From: a bacterium | GTDB lineage: Bacteria > UBA8248 | NCBI GenBank assembly: GCA_965207065.1 | Contig: OZ242260.1 | Coordinates: forward strand, 2,688,001 to 2,752,000 | Direction: 5' to 3' | Length of the DNA stretch: 64,000 nt | Part shown: in pieces, positions 7,758-17,798 of the stretch | How the letters are laid out: every line of letters starts with the position of its first letter | Position numbering within the stretch: the stretch's first letter is position 1 | Notes under the pieces: model-generated | Databases searched by the model: none | Told to the model about the DNA's origin: nothing | The model's input: the letters and a program-made list of their open reading frames with translations, nothing else | Program-made: the position numbers and the translations under genes

Positions 7758-9953
7758 CTAGCCGCTTTCTGACTCGGTCTGGAAACGTGCGGCGAGCAGA
7801 TAACGATACAGCTTGAGGGCAAGCCCCTCTTCATGCTCGTCCAACCAGTGCAGGGCCGTCAGCGGTAGCACCATCGTCCGGCAGGGTTGGTCTGCAACTA
7901 CCGAGGTCGCTTTATCGTTCTGCGTACCGGCCGGCCAAATTGCGTCGCCCGGACTGTAATCATGAAGACGCGCGCCCGCGGAATCGTAAGCGGAAGCCCG
8001 GCCCGCAAGCAACAATTGGAGTTCTTCGCCTGGCGCATCCGATCCTGCGAGGGCTTCGCCGGCGGCGTACTGACGAGAGTCCAGCCAGCTTTTGAGTTCT
8101 TCGATGAGTTCCTCGAAATGAATTTGCCGTTCCAGGTAGCGCTCGAGGTCATCGGCAGTGTGCGCCAGCAGCGAGGCGCGCCGCTTGTCCGACAAGTTCA
8201 CGTCCGCCCTCCATGCCGCAATGACGGTCTCCTCGCAGCGCTCCAGCGCACTGTCCGCATTCGGCTCAATCACCAGCTCCTGAAATATAGAAGGCGGTAG
8301 GTTGCGCTCCAGCCCCTGTCGCAACTGTTCGTCCAATGCGCTCAGAACCACGGGAACTTCGGCCGCCTGCGCCGTCTGCAGGAACCTGGACAGGACGCTC
8401 ACCGCCGAGTAGTCGAAGCCGGAGACGGCGGCGAAGTCCAGCATCAGGCAGGCGGGACGCGAATCGCCACTGAGGGATTTTTTCAGTTGTTCGGCTAGTG
8501 GATAGGCGCTTCCGAAGAAAATGTAGCCGCGCAGCCGGTAGGCATGCACATGCTCGCCTTCGGCCAGCAGGATGGCTCGATCGGGGATGGGCCGGGTCTT
8601 GTTGCTTCTGCGTTCTCGTGCATTGAACCGGGATTCGACAAGGTCCACGCGACTGAGGCGCACGGCGAAGAACACGAGGGTGGCCAGCATACCGGCGCCG
8701 ACGCCCTCGAACAGTCCGAAGGAGATGATGACGACGAAGATCAACACGATAATGCCGTATTCCGACCAGGGGAGCCGCCTGCGGCTTCTCACGAGTCCTT
8801 CGTCTATCATGCCGAAGCCGGCAAAAAACAGAATTCCGCCTACGAGCGGCGTCGGAACCAGTTCCAGCATCCCGTCGCCCAGGAACAACGCGCCCCCGAT
8901 GAGGAGGGCGGCGACGATGCCGGTCAGGCGGGTGGCGGCTCCGAGAAGCTTGCTGCGCAGCGAGGCGGGCACGATCGTGCTTGCCACCGTCCCGCCGCCC
9001 AGTCCTGCGACCACGCTCGCGAGCCCGGCCGTCCTGAACTCCAGGTCCCAGTCCAGTTCGTGATTTGCGGCCAATTCTAGGCCGGCGAAATTCATGATCA
9101 CGACGATGAGCGCGATCAGCATCAACGTCAGCATGTTGGGAACCTGTTCCGCCATCGCCGCCCAATCCAGATGCACCAAATCGGCGATCCCCACAACCGG
9201 CCAAAGGGTTCCCTCCGCGGTGCTCTTGAACAACAGACCTGCCGATCTCGCCTCGTCACCGGAAATATCGAGAGTGGCCAGGGCGAAGTGGTATGCGCCG
9301 ACGGCCATCGCCACGCTCACCGGGAGGATCAGCGCATTTCCCCAGCGTTTTATGGCGAGGTACAGGGCGATTCCGAACGCTGCGCCGGGGGCCCACCTCC
9401 ATAACGTGGATGGCTCCAGAAGCGCCGGGATCGCACGCCAATCAGGCTCCGCTCCCATCAGGGACATGGCCGCCAGGCACACGGCCCCCCCGATTCCGGC
9501 CACGAATCCGCCCGCCACCGGGTAGGGGATGAAGCGCACCAGGTTGGCGAGCCGGAAGTGGCCGATAACGAGACAGCAGACGCCGGTGGCCATGGCGCTG
9601 AGCATGAGCGCGCCCGCCGTGGTGACGAACAGCGCATCGCCTTCGGCGTCCATCGTGGAGCCGATCAGCGCCATCACGATCACGAGCGCGGGAGAAAGCC
9701 CCGAAATCGCCCCGCGGTAGCCGCCTGCGAGGGCGATAATGAGGCAGGCGGCGAAGTTCCCGAACAAAATCAGGCCGACGCCCTGGGAGGTATATGGGGC
9801 CAATGCGCCCGAGAAAATGAAGCTGCCGAAGGCGATCTGGGCGACGAGCAGGCCCAGGCCAGAGGTGAATCCGGCGGAAAGCGCCGGAACTGTCTTTTGG
9901 GAGAGGACGTCCGCGCGAAGTTCGGACGCAATATCTCGGAACAAGGATTTCAC
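7758..9953 (-). CDS. SulP/SLC26 anion transporter with STAS and cNMP-binding-like domains
   Basis: RFIPYPVAGGFVAGIG; many TM segments; RLRGYIFFGSA and LMLDFAAVSGFDYSA (STAS); C-terminal cNMP-like region. Confidence 0.9.
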   Translation of the reverse strand: MKSLFRDIASELRADVLSQKTVPALSAGFTSGLGLLVAQIAFGSFIFSGALAPYTSQGVGLILFGNFAACLIIALAGGYRGAISGLSPALVIVMALIGSTMDAEGDALFVTTAGALMLSAMATGVCCLVIGHFRLANLVRFIPYPVAGGFVAGIGGAVCLAAMSLMGAEPDWRAIPALLEPSTLWRWAPGAAFGIALYLAIKRWGNALILPVSVAMAVGAYHFALATLDISGDEARSAGLLFKSTAEGTLWPVVGIADLVHLDWAAMAEQVPNMLTLMLIALIVVIMNFAGLELAANHELDWDLEFRTAGLASVVAGLGGGTVASTIVPASLRSKLLGAATRLTGIVAALLIGGALFLGDGMLELVPTPLVGGILFFAGFGMIDEGLVRSRRRLPWSEYGIIVLIFVVIISFGLFEGVGAGMLATLVFFAVRLSRVDLVESRFNARERRSNKTRPIPDRAILLAEGEHVHAYRLRGYIFFGSAYPLAEQLKKSLSGDSRPACLMLDFAAVSGFDYSAVSVLSRFLQTAQAAEVPVVLSALDEQLRQGLERNLPPSIFQELVIEPNADSALERCEETVIAAWRADVNLSDKRRASLLAHTADDLERYLERQIHFEELIEELKSWLDSRQYAAGEALAGSDAPGEELQLLLAGRASAYDSAGARLHDYSPGDAIWPAGTQNDKATSVVADQPCRTMVLPLTALHWLDEHEEGLALKLYRYLLAARFQTESESG

Positions 9954-9985
9954 CCTTTCGATCGTTCGTAATCGGTAGGCGGCAT
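9950..9985 (-). pseudogene. 11-codon remnant of the M20 gene 5' end, overlapping the SulP start (GTGA)
   Basis: MPPTDYERSKG* versus MPHPDFERCAR; upstream 60 nt homologous to the M20 upstream region. Confidence 0.7.
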
Positions 9986-10065
9986 CTGCGTCTCTCTCCC
10001 TTAACGTATCGGACGCTCTATCGTATCATGAGCTGATCGCTTTCCGGTATTATTTTCAGTGAGAG

Positions 10066-11478
10066 GTGCGCCTTCTGAAACAAGCCACGAGAACGCGCGG
10101 ATACGATTACACGAAAGGCTCGGTCGGCTGGGCCATCACGCGCCTCTCGGTTCCGATATGCGGCGAGCGCATCCTCCGCAATCTCGACGGCATTTTTGAG
10201 ATTTACTGGCTCGGCCGGATGGGGGCCGAATTCCTGGCGGCGGCGTCTCTGGGTTTCATCACCCTGTTGTTCATCCGTTCGGCCCCTTTCGGAATCAGGA
10301 TCGCAGGCCAGGCGCTCGTGGCCCAGCGCGTGGGCGCGGGCGATGGAGAGGGCGCCTCGGTCATGGCGGGGCAGACCATCTTCCTCGTCGGCGTCTTCAG
10401 TCTCATCGCCACGTTCCTGGGTCTATGGTTCGCTCCCCTCCTGATGGACTTGATGACGCGTGACCCCGCGCTGGCCGCCCTGGGCGTCGTCTACATCCGC
10501 GCGGGCTTCGCCGTGCTGCTCGCCGCCGAGGCGATGTTCGTGGTCGGCCAGATATTGCGGGGAACCGGCGAGCCGGGCATCACCATTGCGGGCGTCGTGG
10601 CCTCCACCGTTTTGACGCTCATCTTCATCCCCCTCTTGATGTTCGGATGGGGGCCGATTCCCGCTTTGGGGATAGCGGGCAGCTTTCTCGGCATCGGCGT
10701 GGGGCGGCTGGGCGGATTCGCAACCATGCTGACCTTCATCGTGAAGGGAAAATCGAGGCTCAGGCTGAGGTGGGCCGATTTGCGCCCGCGCGCGTCCGAG
10801 ATATCCCGCGTCGCGCGTCTCGCCTGGCCCGCCATGGTGCAGAACCTCCTCGAGCGAAGCGCGCTCCTGCTCATGGTGCGGATGCTTTCTCCCTTCGGGG
10901 CGAGTGCGCTGGCCGCGTGGAGCATCGGCAACCGCGTGACGATGATCGCCCGGATGCCGAGCTTCGGTCTGCAAAGCTCGGTGCGCACGCTGGTGGGCCA
11001 GAACATGGGCGCGGAGAAGCCCGAGCGCGTGACGCGCACGGTATGGCTTGCAGTCGCCGCGCTTGTGATGCTGATGGCGGCGGCGAGCATATTTTTATTC
11101 GCCTGGGCGCAGGAGGTCGTCTCGTTTTTCGGCATGGCGGGGAACGACACGGCCGTCATGGCGCTCAGAATCCTGTGCGCGGGCCTGCTCATGGAGTCCA
11201 TCCGCCGGGTGATGGCGGGCGCGTTCCAGGGAGCCTCGCGCTCGAAGCCGCCCATGCTGGTGGAGGGCGTCGTTCGCTGGGGTGTTCAGCTTCCCGCCGC
11301 CTATCTGCTCTCGTTCTGGTTTGCCGTGGGAGCGGGCGGCGTCTGGTTAGCGGTGAGCGGGGGCCAGATCCTGAGCGGTGCGCTCCTCCTCGTATGGTTT
11401 TTCCGGTGGTCACGGAGCGGGGATATCCGGGGTTTTATGGGCGTTCGGGGTTTGAAATCCGCGATCAAATCCACTTAA
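10066..11478 (+). CDS. MATE family efflux transporter
   Basis: DYTKGSV..I.RLSVP; LVAQRVGAGD; LRGTGE; LVGQNMGAEKPER; 12 TM segments. Confidence 0.92.
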   Translation: MRLLKQATRTRGYDYTKGSVGWAITRLSVPICGERILRNLDGIFEIYWLGRMGAEFLAAASLGFITLLFIRSAPFGIRIAGQALVAQRVGAGDGEGASVMAGQTIFLVGVFSLIATFLGLWFAPLLMDLMTRDPALAALGVVYIRAGFAVLLAAEAMFVVGQILRGTGEPGITIAGVVASTVLTLIFIPLLMFGWGPIPALGIAGSFLGIGVGRLGGFATMLTFIVKGKSRLRLRWADLRPRASEISRVARLAWPAMVQNLLERSALLLMVRMLSPFGASALAAWSIGNRVTMIARMPSFGLQSSVRTLVGQNMGAEKPERVTRTVWLAVAALVMLMAAASIFLFAWAQEVVSFFGMAGNDTAVMALRILCAGLLMESIRRVMAGAFQGASRSKPPMLVEGVVRWGVQLPAAYLLSFWFAVGAGGVWLAVSGGQILSGALLLVWFFRWSRSGDIRGFMGVRGLKSAIKST

Positions 11479-11589
11479 GCTGTCTGCGCCGCTTCGGGTG
11501 CTCTCTTGTATTTTCAATGAGAGATGATGTGATTTGTGGAGCGCGCGATTCGGGAAGCGAAGACGCTCCCCATGAGGAGTTTGTGGACG

Positions 11590-11979
11590 ATGAACAGGGC
11601 GTTGGCGGCGGGGCTTTTTCTCATAGCGGGGTTTGGGTTGATCGTGACGTTGACGAAAAGGCCCGAGCCGCCGGGACGGGTTCCCGCAACCGAGGATATG
11701 GCGCAGATCAAGAAGGGGAAATCGCTGTTCTCGCGCAACTGCATGCGCTGCCACGGGCCCGAAGCCAAGGGTTCGCGAATCGGGCCGCCGCTGGTGCACA
11801 AGGTTTACGAACCCTCCCACCACGGGGACGCCGCGTTCTTCATGGCCGTTTCGCGCGGGGTGAGGAGCCACCACTGGAAGTTCGGCGACATGCAGCCCGT
11901 GCCGGGTGTGAAACCCGAGGATGTGGCCCTGATCGTGCAATACGTGCGCTGGCTGCAGCGGAAGGCCGGTATTTTTTAG
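11590..11979 (+). CDS. Monoheme c-type cytochrome
   Basis: N-terminal anchor; CMRCH; GPPLVHKVYEPSHHGD; HHWKFGDM; GAGGAG RBS before ATG 11590. Confidence 0.9.
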   Translation: MNRALAAGLFLIAGFGLIVTLTKRPEPPGRVPATEDMAQIKKGKSLFSRNCMRCHGPEAKGSRIGPPLVHKVYEPSHHGDAAFFMAVSRGVRSHHWKFGDMQPVPGVKPEDVALIVQYVRWLQRKAGIF

Positions 11980-11997
11980 GCGAGGGAGCAAGACCTG

Positions 11998-13338
11998 GTG
12001 AACGAACGAGACGCGTTGCACGAGTTGAGGAGAAAACGCCTGCAGAGAATGGTGGCTCTGTGCGGTCGGGCGCACCCGTTCTACAAGCGCCGCTTTGCAG
12101 AGGCGAACCTCATCCCCGAGGCGGTCAAGGAACTCGACGACCTCCAGAAAATTCCCCTCACGAAAAAAGAGGATTTCATGGCGGCGCCCGAGGATTTCAG
12201 CCTCGACCCCGCCTGGCTGCCCGAGCTTCCCTTCGAGGAGCGCACCATGTGGAACGTGGCCTACACCACGGGCACCACGAGCGGGCGGCCTTCTCCTTTT
12301 TTCAACACCACGCACGATCAGTACCACATCATGCTCCAGGCGCGGGTGTGCAACGAGGCGGAGGGTCTCGGGGCCGGCGACGTCATCGCCAATCTCTACC
12401 CGCTATCGCCCATGCCCCTGGGCGGGTTCCTCTGCTGCGTGCGCTCGGCGGAAATCATGGGGCTTCCCGTGGTGAGCGCGCTCACGGGCAGCCCGCATCC
12501 CGAATACCCCGTAAGGCGCTCGCTCGATGAAGCCGTCGACGTGGTGGCTGCCTCGGGCGCCACCGTCATCTGGGGGGTGCCGAGTTTCGTCCGCCGCTTC
12601 CTGAGGAGGGCGCGTGAGCGCGGCGTCAAGCTCGACCGCGCGCGCATGGTGCTCACCACCGGTGAGGCGGTGAGCGACGCCCTGCGCGAGGAGTATATGG
12701 ATCACCTGCGCTGGTTCGGGGCGGATGACCCCCAAGTGCGGGTGCGCTACGCGGCGACGGAGATGCAGGGCGGCCTCGTGCAGTGCGCGAACGACGCGAT
12801 GCCGCACAACGTCGTGCCCGAACTCTACCTGCTCGAAGTCGTCGACCCGGAATCCGGCGAGCGCGTGCCGGAAGGAGAAGAGGGCGTGATAGCCCTCACG
12901 CACCTGCATCGCCGCGGCACGGTGTTTCTGCGCTATCTCATCGGCGACCTCATCGCGCTCAGGTGGGAGCCTTGTCCGGGTTGCGGGCGCCTGGGCGAGC
13001 GCATCGTGCGTCTGCCTAGGCGGACGGGCGACCTGCTCAAGGTGCGCGGGATGCTCATGAATCCGGATATCGTCTTCGACCTTCTCTCGAAAGAGCGCGC
13101 GATACGCGAGTTTCAGGTGAGGATCCGCAAGTCCGCGCCCGATGACGTGGATTCGATGGACGAGATGGTCATCCGCCTGGAAGCCGAGGATTCAGAGCGC
13201 GAGCGGCTCGGCGCCTCCGTGCCGGACAGGGTGCGGGGAGCGGTGATGATACGGCCGGTCCTCGAATTCGTGGCGCCGGGCGTTATCCACGACCCGATGC
13301 GCGACGTGAAGGCCCGCCGCCTCGTCGATGAGCGGTGA
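11998..13338 (+). CDS. Phenylacetate-CoA ligase (PaaK)-like adenylate-forming enzyme
   Basis: LQKIPLTKKED; YTTGTTSGRP P-loop; TTGE; YAATE; LRYLIGD; RTGDLLKVRG. Confidence 0.88.
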   Translation: MNERDALHELRRKRLQRMVALCGRAHPFYKRRFAEANLIPEAVKELDDLQKIPLTKKEDFMAAPEDFSLDPAWLPELPFEERTMWNVAYTTGTTSGRPSPFFNTTHDQYHIMLQARVCNEAEGLGAGDVIANLYPLSPMPLGGFLCCVRSAEIMGLPVVSALTGSPHPEYPVRRSLDEAVDVVAASGATVIWGVPSFVRRFLRRARERGVKLDRARMVLTTGEAVSDALREEYMDHLRWFGADDPQVRVRYAATEMQGGLVQCANDAMPHNVVPELYLLEVVDPESGERVPEGEEGVIALTHLHRRGTVFLRYLIGDLIALRWEPCPGCGRLGERIVRLPRRTGDLLKVRGMLMNPDIVFDLLSKERAIREFQVRIRKSAPDDVDSMDEMVIRLEAEDSERERLGASVPDRVRGAVMIRPVLEFVAPGVIHDPMRDVKARRLVDER

Positions 13339-13420
13339 GGCCAATCGCGATCGGGGCGGGGACTATTGAATAAGTCCTGATTTCGTGATTCGACGAATGA
13401 ATCGAACCAGGGGAGGGTCC

Positions 13421-13448
13421 GTAGGGACAGGTCGCGACATGTCCCTAC
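13421..13448. repeat. GTAG-type REP (GTAGGGACAG variant)
   Basis: GTAGGGACAGGTCGCGACATGTCCCTAC. Confidence 0.8.
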
Positions 13449-13497
13449 GAAACCGCAAGCAATCTTCCCGCATCGGTCGGTATTGACTCACCTCCCG

Positions 13498-13923
13498 CTA
13501 CCAGGCGAAGTTTCCCTTATCATCGAGAGGTGAGAAGGGATTCCAGGCGACTTCCCAATAATGCCCGTCCGGATCCTTGAAGTATCCCGAGTGGCCGCCC
13601 CAGAAGACGTCCTGCGCATGCTTGACGATTGTGCCGCCTGCGCGTTCGGCTTCGGCTAACACCACGGCGACGTCCTCACGCGTTCGGACGTTGTAGGCCA
13701 GGGTGATCGCGCCGGTCGCCGCGCCGCTGCCGGCCCGCGGCCCGATATCCTCGATGAGCTTCTCGCGGGGATAGAGGGCGAACCCGATTCCGTTGAGCGT
13801 GAAGCAGACGATGGAATCGGCTAACTCCTCGCTCGCAACGCGCCAGCCGAGCGCCTCGTAGAACGCCCGCGCGCGCGGAAGATCGTCCACGCCCAGGGTG
13901 ACGATGCTGAGACGCTGGTCCAT
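13498..13923 (-). CDS. VOC family protein
   Basis: RLSIVTLGVDDL.RARAFYEALGW; VFWGGHSGYFKDPDGHYWEVAWNP. Confidence 0.92.
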   Translation of the reverse strand: MDQRLSIVTLGVDDLPRARAFYEALGWRVASEELADSIVCFTLNGIGFALYPREKLIEDIGPRAGSGAATGAITLAYNVRTREDVAVVLAEAERAGGTIVKHAQDVFWGGHSGYFKDPDGHYWEVAWNPFSPLDDKGNFAW

Positions 13924-13982
13924 ATCGTCTCCTCCTTGGTTGTCGAAAGGCGGGAAGGTTTGCGGGTTTTGCTGTATTTAGC

Positions 13983-14687
13983 CTAGACGCCGAGATACCT
14001 CATGCGGGTTTCCTGGTCTTCGAGCAGGTCGGCGGAGGCGCCTTCCCACTGGATGATGCCTTTTTCTATCAGGTAGGCGCGCTTGGTGATGCTGAGCGCC
14101 ATGCGGAAGTTCTGCTCTACGAGCAGGATGGCGATGCCTTTTTTCTGGATCTCCACCAGCACATTCTCGATGGTTTCGACGTAGGCGGGCATCAGGCCCT
14201 CGGTGGGTTCGTCCACCATGATGAGTTTGGGCTCGGTGCCAAGGCCCCGCGCCATGGTGAGCATCTGCTGCTCGCCGCCGCTCAACTGGTTCCCCTTGTT
14301 GTTGATTCGCTCCTTCAAGCGCGGGAAGAGGGAGAAAATCCAGTCGAGATGCGTGTCCAGGTTCTTGGCACCGTCGATGGGGATGCGGCTGATCTTGAGG
14401 TTTTCGAACACTGTGAGGTTGGTGAACACCTGGCGATCCTCGGGTATCCATGAAACCCCCGCGAGCGAGACGGTGTGCGCCTCGGCCTGCGTGATGTCGG
14501 CTCCCTCCATGGTGATTTTACCGCTTTGGGGCGTCAGAAGCCCCATGACGGTCTTCATGGTGGTGGATTTTCCCGCCCCGTTCCTGCCGAGGAAGGCCAC
14601 CGCCTCGCCTTCGTCCACCTTGAGGCTCAAATCGTGAAGCACGTGGCTTAAGCCGTAAAACGTGTTGATGGAATCTACTTCGAGCAT
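13983..14687 (-). CDS. Branched-chain amino acid-type ABC ATP-binding subunit (LivF-like)
   Basis: GRNGAGKST; LSGGEQQML; DEPTEGL; LVEQN. Confidence 0.93.
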   Translation of the reverse strand: MLEVDSINTFYGLSHVLHDLSLKVDEGEAVAFLGRNGAGKSTTMKTVMGLLTPQSGKITMEGADITQAEAHTVSLAGVSWIPEDRQVFTNLTVFENLKISRIPIDGAKNLDTHLDWIFSLFPRLKERINNKGNQLSGGEQQMLTMARGLGTEPKLIMVDEPTEGLMPAYVETIENVLVEIQKKGIAILLVEQNFRMALSITKRAYLIEKGIIQWEGASADLLEDQETRMRYLGV

Positions 14688-15421
14688 TATTCCCTCAGGT
14701 ATACGCGCTGCACTTCTGCGTTCGCGCGGACTTCCTCCACCGTGCCCTCGGCGAGAAAGGCGCCGTTGTGCAGCACGGTGATTTTATCTGAAATGCCCAG
14801 CACCACCTCCATGTCGTGCTCCACGAGCACGATGGTGAGCGGATCGGCCAGGCTCTTGATGAACTCGCCCGTCTGAATCGTCTCCTCGGGGCTCATGCCC
14901 GCCGTCGGCTCATCGAGCAGGAGGAGCTTGGGGTCGGTGGCGAGGGCGATTCCGATTTCGAGATATCGTTGCTCGCCGTGCGCGAGCGTACCGCCCAGCT
15001 CGCCGCGTTTCTCCGTCATGTTGATGCGCTCGAGTATCTCGTCCGCCCTTTCGATCAACTCCTTGTGGTTACCTATCGTCGACCACAGGTTGAAAGTCAT
15101 CTTCCGTGATTGCACGGCGATGCGGATGTTCTCCAGCACGCTCAGTTTCGGGAAGATGTTGGTGATCTGGTAGGTGCGGCCAATCCCCAGGTGGGAGCGC
15201 TCATGAGCGGGGACTTCCGATACGTCTTCTCCATCGAAGAGCACCTGCCCCGACGTAGGCAGCAGATCGCCCGCGATCATGTTGAAGAATGTCGTTTTCC
15301 CCGCGCCGTTGGGGCCGATGATGGAGCGCAACTCGCCGGCGTCGACCGAATAATCCACGGCGTCCACGGCGACGAGGGCGTCGAAATGCTTGCTCAGGCT
15401 TCTGGTTTCCAGGATAGGCAT
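14687..15421 (-). CDS. ABC ATP-binding subunit (LivG-like)
   Basis: GPNGAGKTT; LLLDEPTAGMS; VEHDM; V..VYL C-terminus. Confidence 0.93.
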   Translation of the reverse strand: MPILETRSLSKHFDALVAVDAVDYSVDAGELRSIIGPNGAGKTTFFNMIAGDLLPTSGQVLFDGEDVSEVPAHERSHLGIGRTYQITNIFPKLSVLENIRIAVQSRKMTFNLWSTIGNHKELIERADEILERINMTEKRGELGGTLAHGEQRYLEIGIALATDPKLLLLDEPTAGMSPEETIQTGEFIKSLADPLTIVLVEHDMEVVLGISDKITVLHNGAFLAEGTVEEVRANAEVQRVYLRE

Positions 15422-15433
15422 TTTGTCTTTCCG

Positions 15434-16636
15434 TTATTCCGGGTCGGCGGCCGCCTCGGCCGCGGCTTGTTTCGCCAGATATTTCTTCTCGCGGTATTCG
15501 AGCGTCATGTTGCGGATGGTGCCCAGAATGCCCGAGGGCACGAAGAGCACGATCAGCACGAAGATGCCGCCCACCCACGCTTCCCAGTACTGGAAGATCG
15601 CCAGATACTTCACGAACTCCACGCTCATCAACTGCCTCAGGTACCAGTAGATGAACGACCCCACCGCAGGCCCCAGGAATGTCCCCGCTCCCCCGAAGAG
15701 GGTGATGATGACGATCTGACCCGAGGTGATGAAGTGGATGTTCTCGATCGGCACCGTCTCGCCGTAAATGATCGCCAGCGCGCCCGCGACTCCCGAGATG
15801 GCCCCGCTCATCGTGAACGCCATGAGCCGGACCTTCGCCACGTTGTAGCCGCAGATGCGCGCGCGGTCTTCGTTTTCGCGAATCGCTCTGAGCACGTGGC
15901 CGAACGGCGAGCGCAGTATCTGCCAGATGATGGCGATGAAGACGACGCTCAGAAAAAAGACGAAATAATAGGTGATGTTCGCGTCCATGATGCCCACGCG
16001 CAGGTTGATGGAGCCCAGCCGCATGTTTTCGAGGCCCCCCAGCCCGTCCGTTCCGCCGGTGAGGTCGTCGAACGTCTGCGCGGAGTAGTAGAAGATCATG
16101 CTGATGGAGAGGGTGACCATCGCGAAATACACGCCGCGCTTCGAACTGCAGATGGTGCCGATGAGCCAGGCGACGAAGGTGGAGACGATGACGCAGGTGA
16201 TGAGCGAGATTTCCAGGGGCAGCACCTTGAAGGCGCTGACCATCCAGTCGGGCGCGTAGGTGTCGGGTTTGATCCAGGCGTGCATGATGCCCACGGTGTA
16301 GCCGCCCACGCCGAAGAATGCGCAATGGCCCAGGCTGAGCATTCCGGTGTTGCCGAGCAGGATGTTGAAGGCGATGCCGAATAAAGTGTAGATGAGAATC
16401 TGAATCATCAACGGCGTGCTCGGTACGAAGCCGCGAATCTCCGCGAGAATCTCAGCGGATGTTTCCCAGTCGTTGTCCTCGAGCCAGATGATCGAATCGT
16501 TCAAGGTGGTGAAGAAAAACGGGTACACCAACAGGAGACCGGCGAGTATCAGTATTCCGTAGTTGTCGAAAACTTCCGATATCCAGGCCCAGAATTCCTT
16601 GGGGGTGAATCGGTTTTTTGGAGCTGCAGAGTCCAC
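15434..16636 (-). CDS. ABC permease (LivM-like)
   Basis: FNILLGNTGMLSLGH; RGVYFAMVTL; SPFGHVLRAIRENE. Confidence 0.92.
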   Translation of the reverse strand: MDSAAPKNRFTPKEFWAWISEVFDNYGILILAGLLLVYPFFFTTLNDSIIWLEDNDWETSAEILAEIRGFVPSTPLMIQILIYTLFGIAFNILLGNTGMLSLGHCAFFGVGGYTVGIMHAWIKPDTYAPDWMVSAFKVLPLEISLITCVIVSTFVAWLIGTICSSKRGVYFAMVTLSISMIFYYSAQTFDDLTGGTDGLGGLENMRLGSINLRVGIMDANITYYFVFFLSVVFIAIIWQILRSPFGHVLRAIRENEDRARICGYNVAKVRLMAFTMSGAISGVAGALAIIYGETVPIENIHFITSGQIVIITLFGGAGTFLGPAVGSFIYWYLRQLMSVEFVKYLAIFQYWEAWVGGIFVLIVLFVPSGILGTIRNMTLEYREKKYLAKQAAAEAAADPE

Positions 16637-16667
16637 TTAAAAATCTCTCCCGAGACGATAAGGATCT

Positions 16668-17648
16668 TTAATCAAAAGCGCCTTCCTGGCCGAACAACCC
16701 TCTTGGTCTCAAGAGAAGGATTACCGCCATCACGATGAAGAGCAGGATGTCGGACGCTTTTTCCCAGAAGTCGGGGCCAATCACCGTGCCCGTCCAGTTT
16801 TGAACCACGTATTGGGTTCTGCCCACCAGGGGCGTGAGCGCCCAGAGCTGACCCAGAATCAATCCCCCGATCACCGGGCCGATGAAGCTCCCCATGCCGC
16901 CGACGACGACCACGATGAAGGTCTGCACCAGAATCAGTTCGCCCATCGTGGCGTCCACCGCGAACAGGGGCGCTATCATGACGCCCGAGAATCCGGCCAG
17001 GGCTATCCCCAGACCGAACGTGAGCCGCCAGATACGCGACACGTTGATGCCCAGCACCTTCACCATCGTGTTGTTGTTGGTGCCCGCGCGGATCATCATG
17101 CCCAGGTTGGTTCTGTAGATGAGCACCCAGAGGAGGGCGACGAGGACCGCCGCGGTGATGATGGTGAAGCTCCTGTAGGCGGTGATGTCGAGCGTACCCG
17201 TCTTCAGGAGCGAGAACTGAAACATTGGCGGGATGTTGAAGGGTTTTCCCGGCCTGCCCCAGATTAAGCGGACGAAGTCCGGCAGGAAGATGGACATGCC
17301 GAACATGATGAGAACGCCCGAGAATCGCTCGTTTTCCGTATTGTATATATTGCTGATGACGTATTTCTCGAAAACCATCCCGATTCCGAACATGACGACG
17401 GGTACCATGGCGATTGCCATGATGAAACCCACGTTCGGTCCGAAAATCGGCGTGAAAATGAGGTTCGAGACCGTGTACCCCACATACGCGCCCAGCATAT
17501 AGAAGGCGCCGTGCCCGAAGTTGATAATGCCCATCAGTCCGAAAACGATCGAAAGGCCTAAGGCCAGCAGAACCCAGAAGGAACCTTGCACCAACCCCAG
17601 GAATAGATGCTGGACGAATTCCGAAAACTCTACGCCGCCGCTTGGCAA
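16668..17648 (-). CDS. ABC permease (LivH-like)
   Basis: LALGLSIVFGLMGIINFGHG; VVVVGGMGS; RPRGLFG; start placed at TTG 17648 after AAGGAG. Confidence 0.9.
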   Translation of the reverse strand: MPSGGVEFSEFVQHLFLGLVQGSFWVLLALGLSIVFGLMGIINFGHGAFYMLGAYVGYTVSNLIFTPIFGPNVGFIMAIAMVPVVMFGIGMVFEKYVISNIYNTENERFSGVLIMFGMSIFLPDFVRLIWGRPGKPFNIPPMFQFSLLKTGTLDITAYRSFTIITAAVLVALLWVLIYRTNLGMMIRAGTNNNTMVKVLGINVSRIWRLTFGLGIALAGFSGVMIAPLFAVDATMGELILVQTFIVVVVGGMGSFIGPVIGGLILGQLWALTPLVGRTQYVVQNWTGTVIGPDFWEKASDILLFIVMAVILLLRPRGLFGQEGAFD

Positions 17649-17730
17649 AACACGCTCCTTGAGAACGGGGAAGTCGTAAGAGGGCCAATGTCTAGGATGA
17701 AACGGCCCCATTGTCAAACGCCGTGAGAAA

Positions 17731-17763
17731 AGCCCGGGCGGCCGGATTTCCGGCCGCCCGGGT
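17731..17763 (-). terminator. GC-rich hairpin after the binding-protein gene (terminator or mRNA stabiliser)
   Basis: CCCGGGCGGCCGG-ATTT-CCGGCCGCCCGGG, followed by a T tract on the minus strand. Confidence 0.65.
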
Positions 17764-17798
17764 GGGCGTTTTCAGGGGGCGCTTCTGTGCGCCGTTTC

